64,000 nucleotides of DNA. Source: Camelus dromedarius (taxonomy: Eukaryota). Shown here in pieces: positions 63,860 to 64,000 of the stretch. The notes beneath the pieces were generated by a model. It ran no database searches. It was not told the origin of the DNA and saw only the letters and a list, made by a program, of their open reading frames with translations. Made by a program: the position numbers and the translations under genes. Position 1 is the first letter of the stretch, and the number at the start of each line of letters is the position of its first letter. The stretch is from assembly GCF_036321535.1 (NCBI RefSeq), contig NC_087437.1, positions 20,462,001 to 20,526,000 on the forward strand, given 5' to 3'.

Positions 63860-64000
63860 TTAAAAAATAAAAATGTCTAAAAGTGGGCAAAGAACTTGAT
63901 AGACATTTCTCCAAAGAAAATATACAAATGGCCAGTAAGCACATGAAAAGATGTTCAACCTCACTAATCATTAGGGAAATGCAAATCAAAAGCACAATGA
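63860..64000 (+). mobile_element. L1 ORF2 fragment (runs off window)
   Basis: tgggcaaa..agacatttctccaaagaa..aaaagatgttcaac..gggaaatgcaaatcaaa. Confidence 0.85.

Noticed and set aside
1..64000. CRISPR array, operon or prokaryote-type system
   Set aside because: No regularly spaced repeats or long ORFs; the sequence is typical eutherian repeat-rich DNA.

Overview
Repeat-rich mammalian non-coding DNA, almost certainly camelid (alpaca, llama or camel), judged from five tRNA-derived vic-1-type SINE copies and young camelid-type L1 3' ends. I can support no intact protein-coding gene. The only recognisable cellular gene sequence is an intronless, frameshifted CISD1 (mitoNEET) processed pseudogene at about 60965-61640, inserted into an old L2. 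The rest is layered L1, L2, MIR, MaLR/ERVL/ERV1 LTRs, a degraded ERVL protease-pol segment and MER-type DNA transposons. The best non-obvious signal is a TSD-flanked L1 3' transduction carrying about 520 bp of non-L1 sequence (46654-47429). Other signals are two pairs of diverged ~200-bp direct repeats and four CTCF-like motifs in divergent orientation. I see no evidence of a novel multi-gene system. Repeat family names are recognised by eye and many boundaries are approximate.
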